A stretch of 25,159 nt of DNA, from the IMG/VR virus record IMGVR_UViG_3300028396_000042, positions 1-25,159 of that record; one strand, written 5' to 3'. A program made the translations under genes and the position numbers. The notes under the pieces are model-generated. The model did no database searches, was not told the DNA's origin, and saw only the letters and a program-made list of their open reading frames with translations. Below are positions 24,687 to 25,159 of this stretch, one piece after another. The DNA is from a virus. Its lineage: Duplodnaviria > Caudoviricetes. Within the stretch, counting starts at the first letter, position 1, and every line of letters begins with the position of its first letter.

Positions 24687-25145
24687 TTATTTAAAACCGA
24701 TGGCAATACCTCTACTAGACATTCTCTTAAGAATAGCGCAAGTACCTAACTGCTTATCTACAGCAGTGTGAGAGAACTTACCATCAGCAACATACTTACC
24801 CGAAGTATAATGATTGGTACCAGACCAGAGATATGGAGATAATACATCTTTATGGTACTTTAGATAACCAAGACCGTTATACTTCTCTATAGTATAGAGT
24901 GCATTGTTACACTTTGTCCAGTCAACACTCTCTAGATCTTTAAGCTTATATAGTACATCTTCTGCACTCTCTTCGAAGGTATAGACACTACCATTGCTTG
25001 GAGGAGCCTTGGGTCTCCCCTTGGGGATCCATTTTGTACGACCTGTTAATGGGCTACCTTCGTGTAGGTGCTTCTTAAAGCTCCATGTAGACTCTCTACC
25101 ATGTAACGTAAAGATTACAGCTGATGGTACTCCACCATTACGCAT
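24687..25145 (-). CDS. lysozyme-family (COG5526-like) peptidoglycan hydrolase, probably N-terminally incomplete
   Basis: VP..VI..LH.RES...F...LH.G.PL..RT...PKGRP, LY.IEKYNG.GY, SPYLWSGTNHY..GKYVADG. Confidence 0.8.
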   Translation of the reverse strand: MRNGGVPSAVIFTLHGRESTWSFKKHLHEGSPLTGRTKWIPKGRPKAPPSNGSVYTFEESAEDVLYKLKDLESVDWTKCNNALYTIEKYNGLGYLKYHKDVLSPYLWSGTNHYTSGKYVADGKFSHTAVDKQLGTCAILKRMSSRGIAIGFK

Positions 25146-25159
25146 TTTTTAAATAGCTA

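Noticed and set aside
1-25159. Stop-codon reassignment, tRNAs, CRISPR arrays, introns or inteins
   Set aside because: Core genes are intact under code 11 and end in TAA, TAG or TGA; intergenic gaps are too short; no cloverleaf, repeat-spacer or intein motifs were seen by eye

Overview
AT-rich segment of a large T4-like tailed phage genome, standard genetic code (TAA, TAG and TGA all act as stops). 1-4.4 kb: partial phoH, a QueE-like radical SAM gene, a P-loop kinase, a 2OG-Fe(II)-type oxygenase, a ParB-like protein and a reversed tail-fibre-like gene. 4.5-10 kb: a translationally coupled 8-gene glycan operon (two glycosyltransferases, MAF/GT42-like transferase, NeuA-like cytidylyltransferase, methyltransferase, HpcH aldolase, 2-hydroxyacid dehydrogenase, HAD phosphatase) that looks like a phage-borne, NeuB-independent CMP-ulosonic-acid pathway. 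10-13.8 kb: DUF366/lipoate-ligase-fold protein, gp62-like, GroES-like, WYL_2-like proteins and a DinG/XPD helicase. 13.8-23.2 kb: a rearranged morphogenesis block (gp15, gp20, four-gene insert, gp13, gp4, gp21, gp67-like, gp22, gp23), followed by a membrane/coiled-coil protein and a convergent lysozyme-like gene. Most transcription units have a promoter box 5-10 nt before the start codon (leaderless-type expression); the major capsid gene instead has a structured leader. All family calls are from motif recognition; no searches were run.
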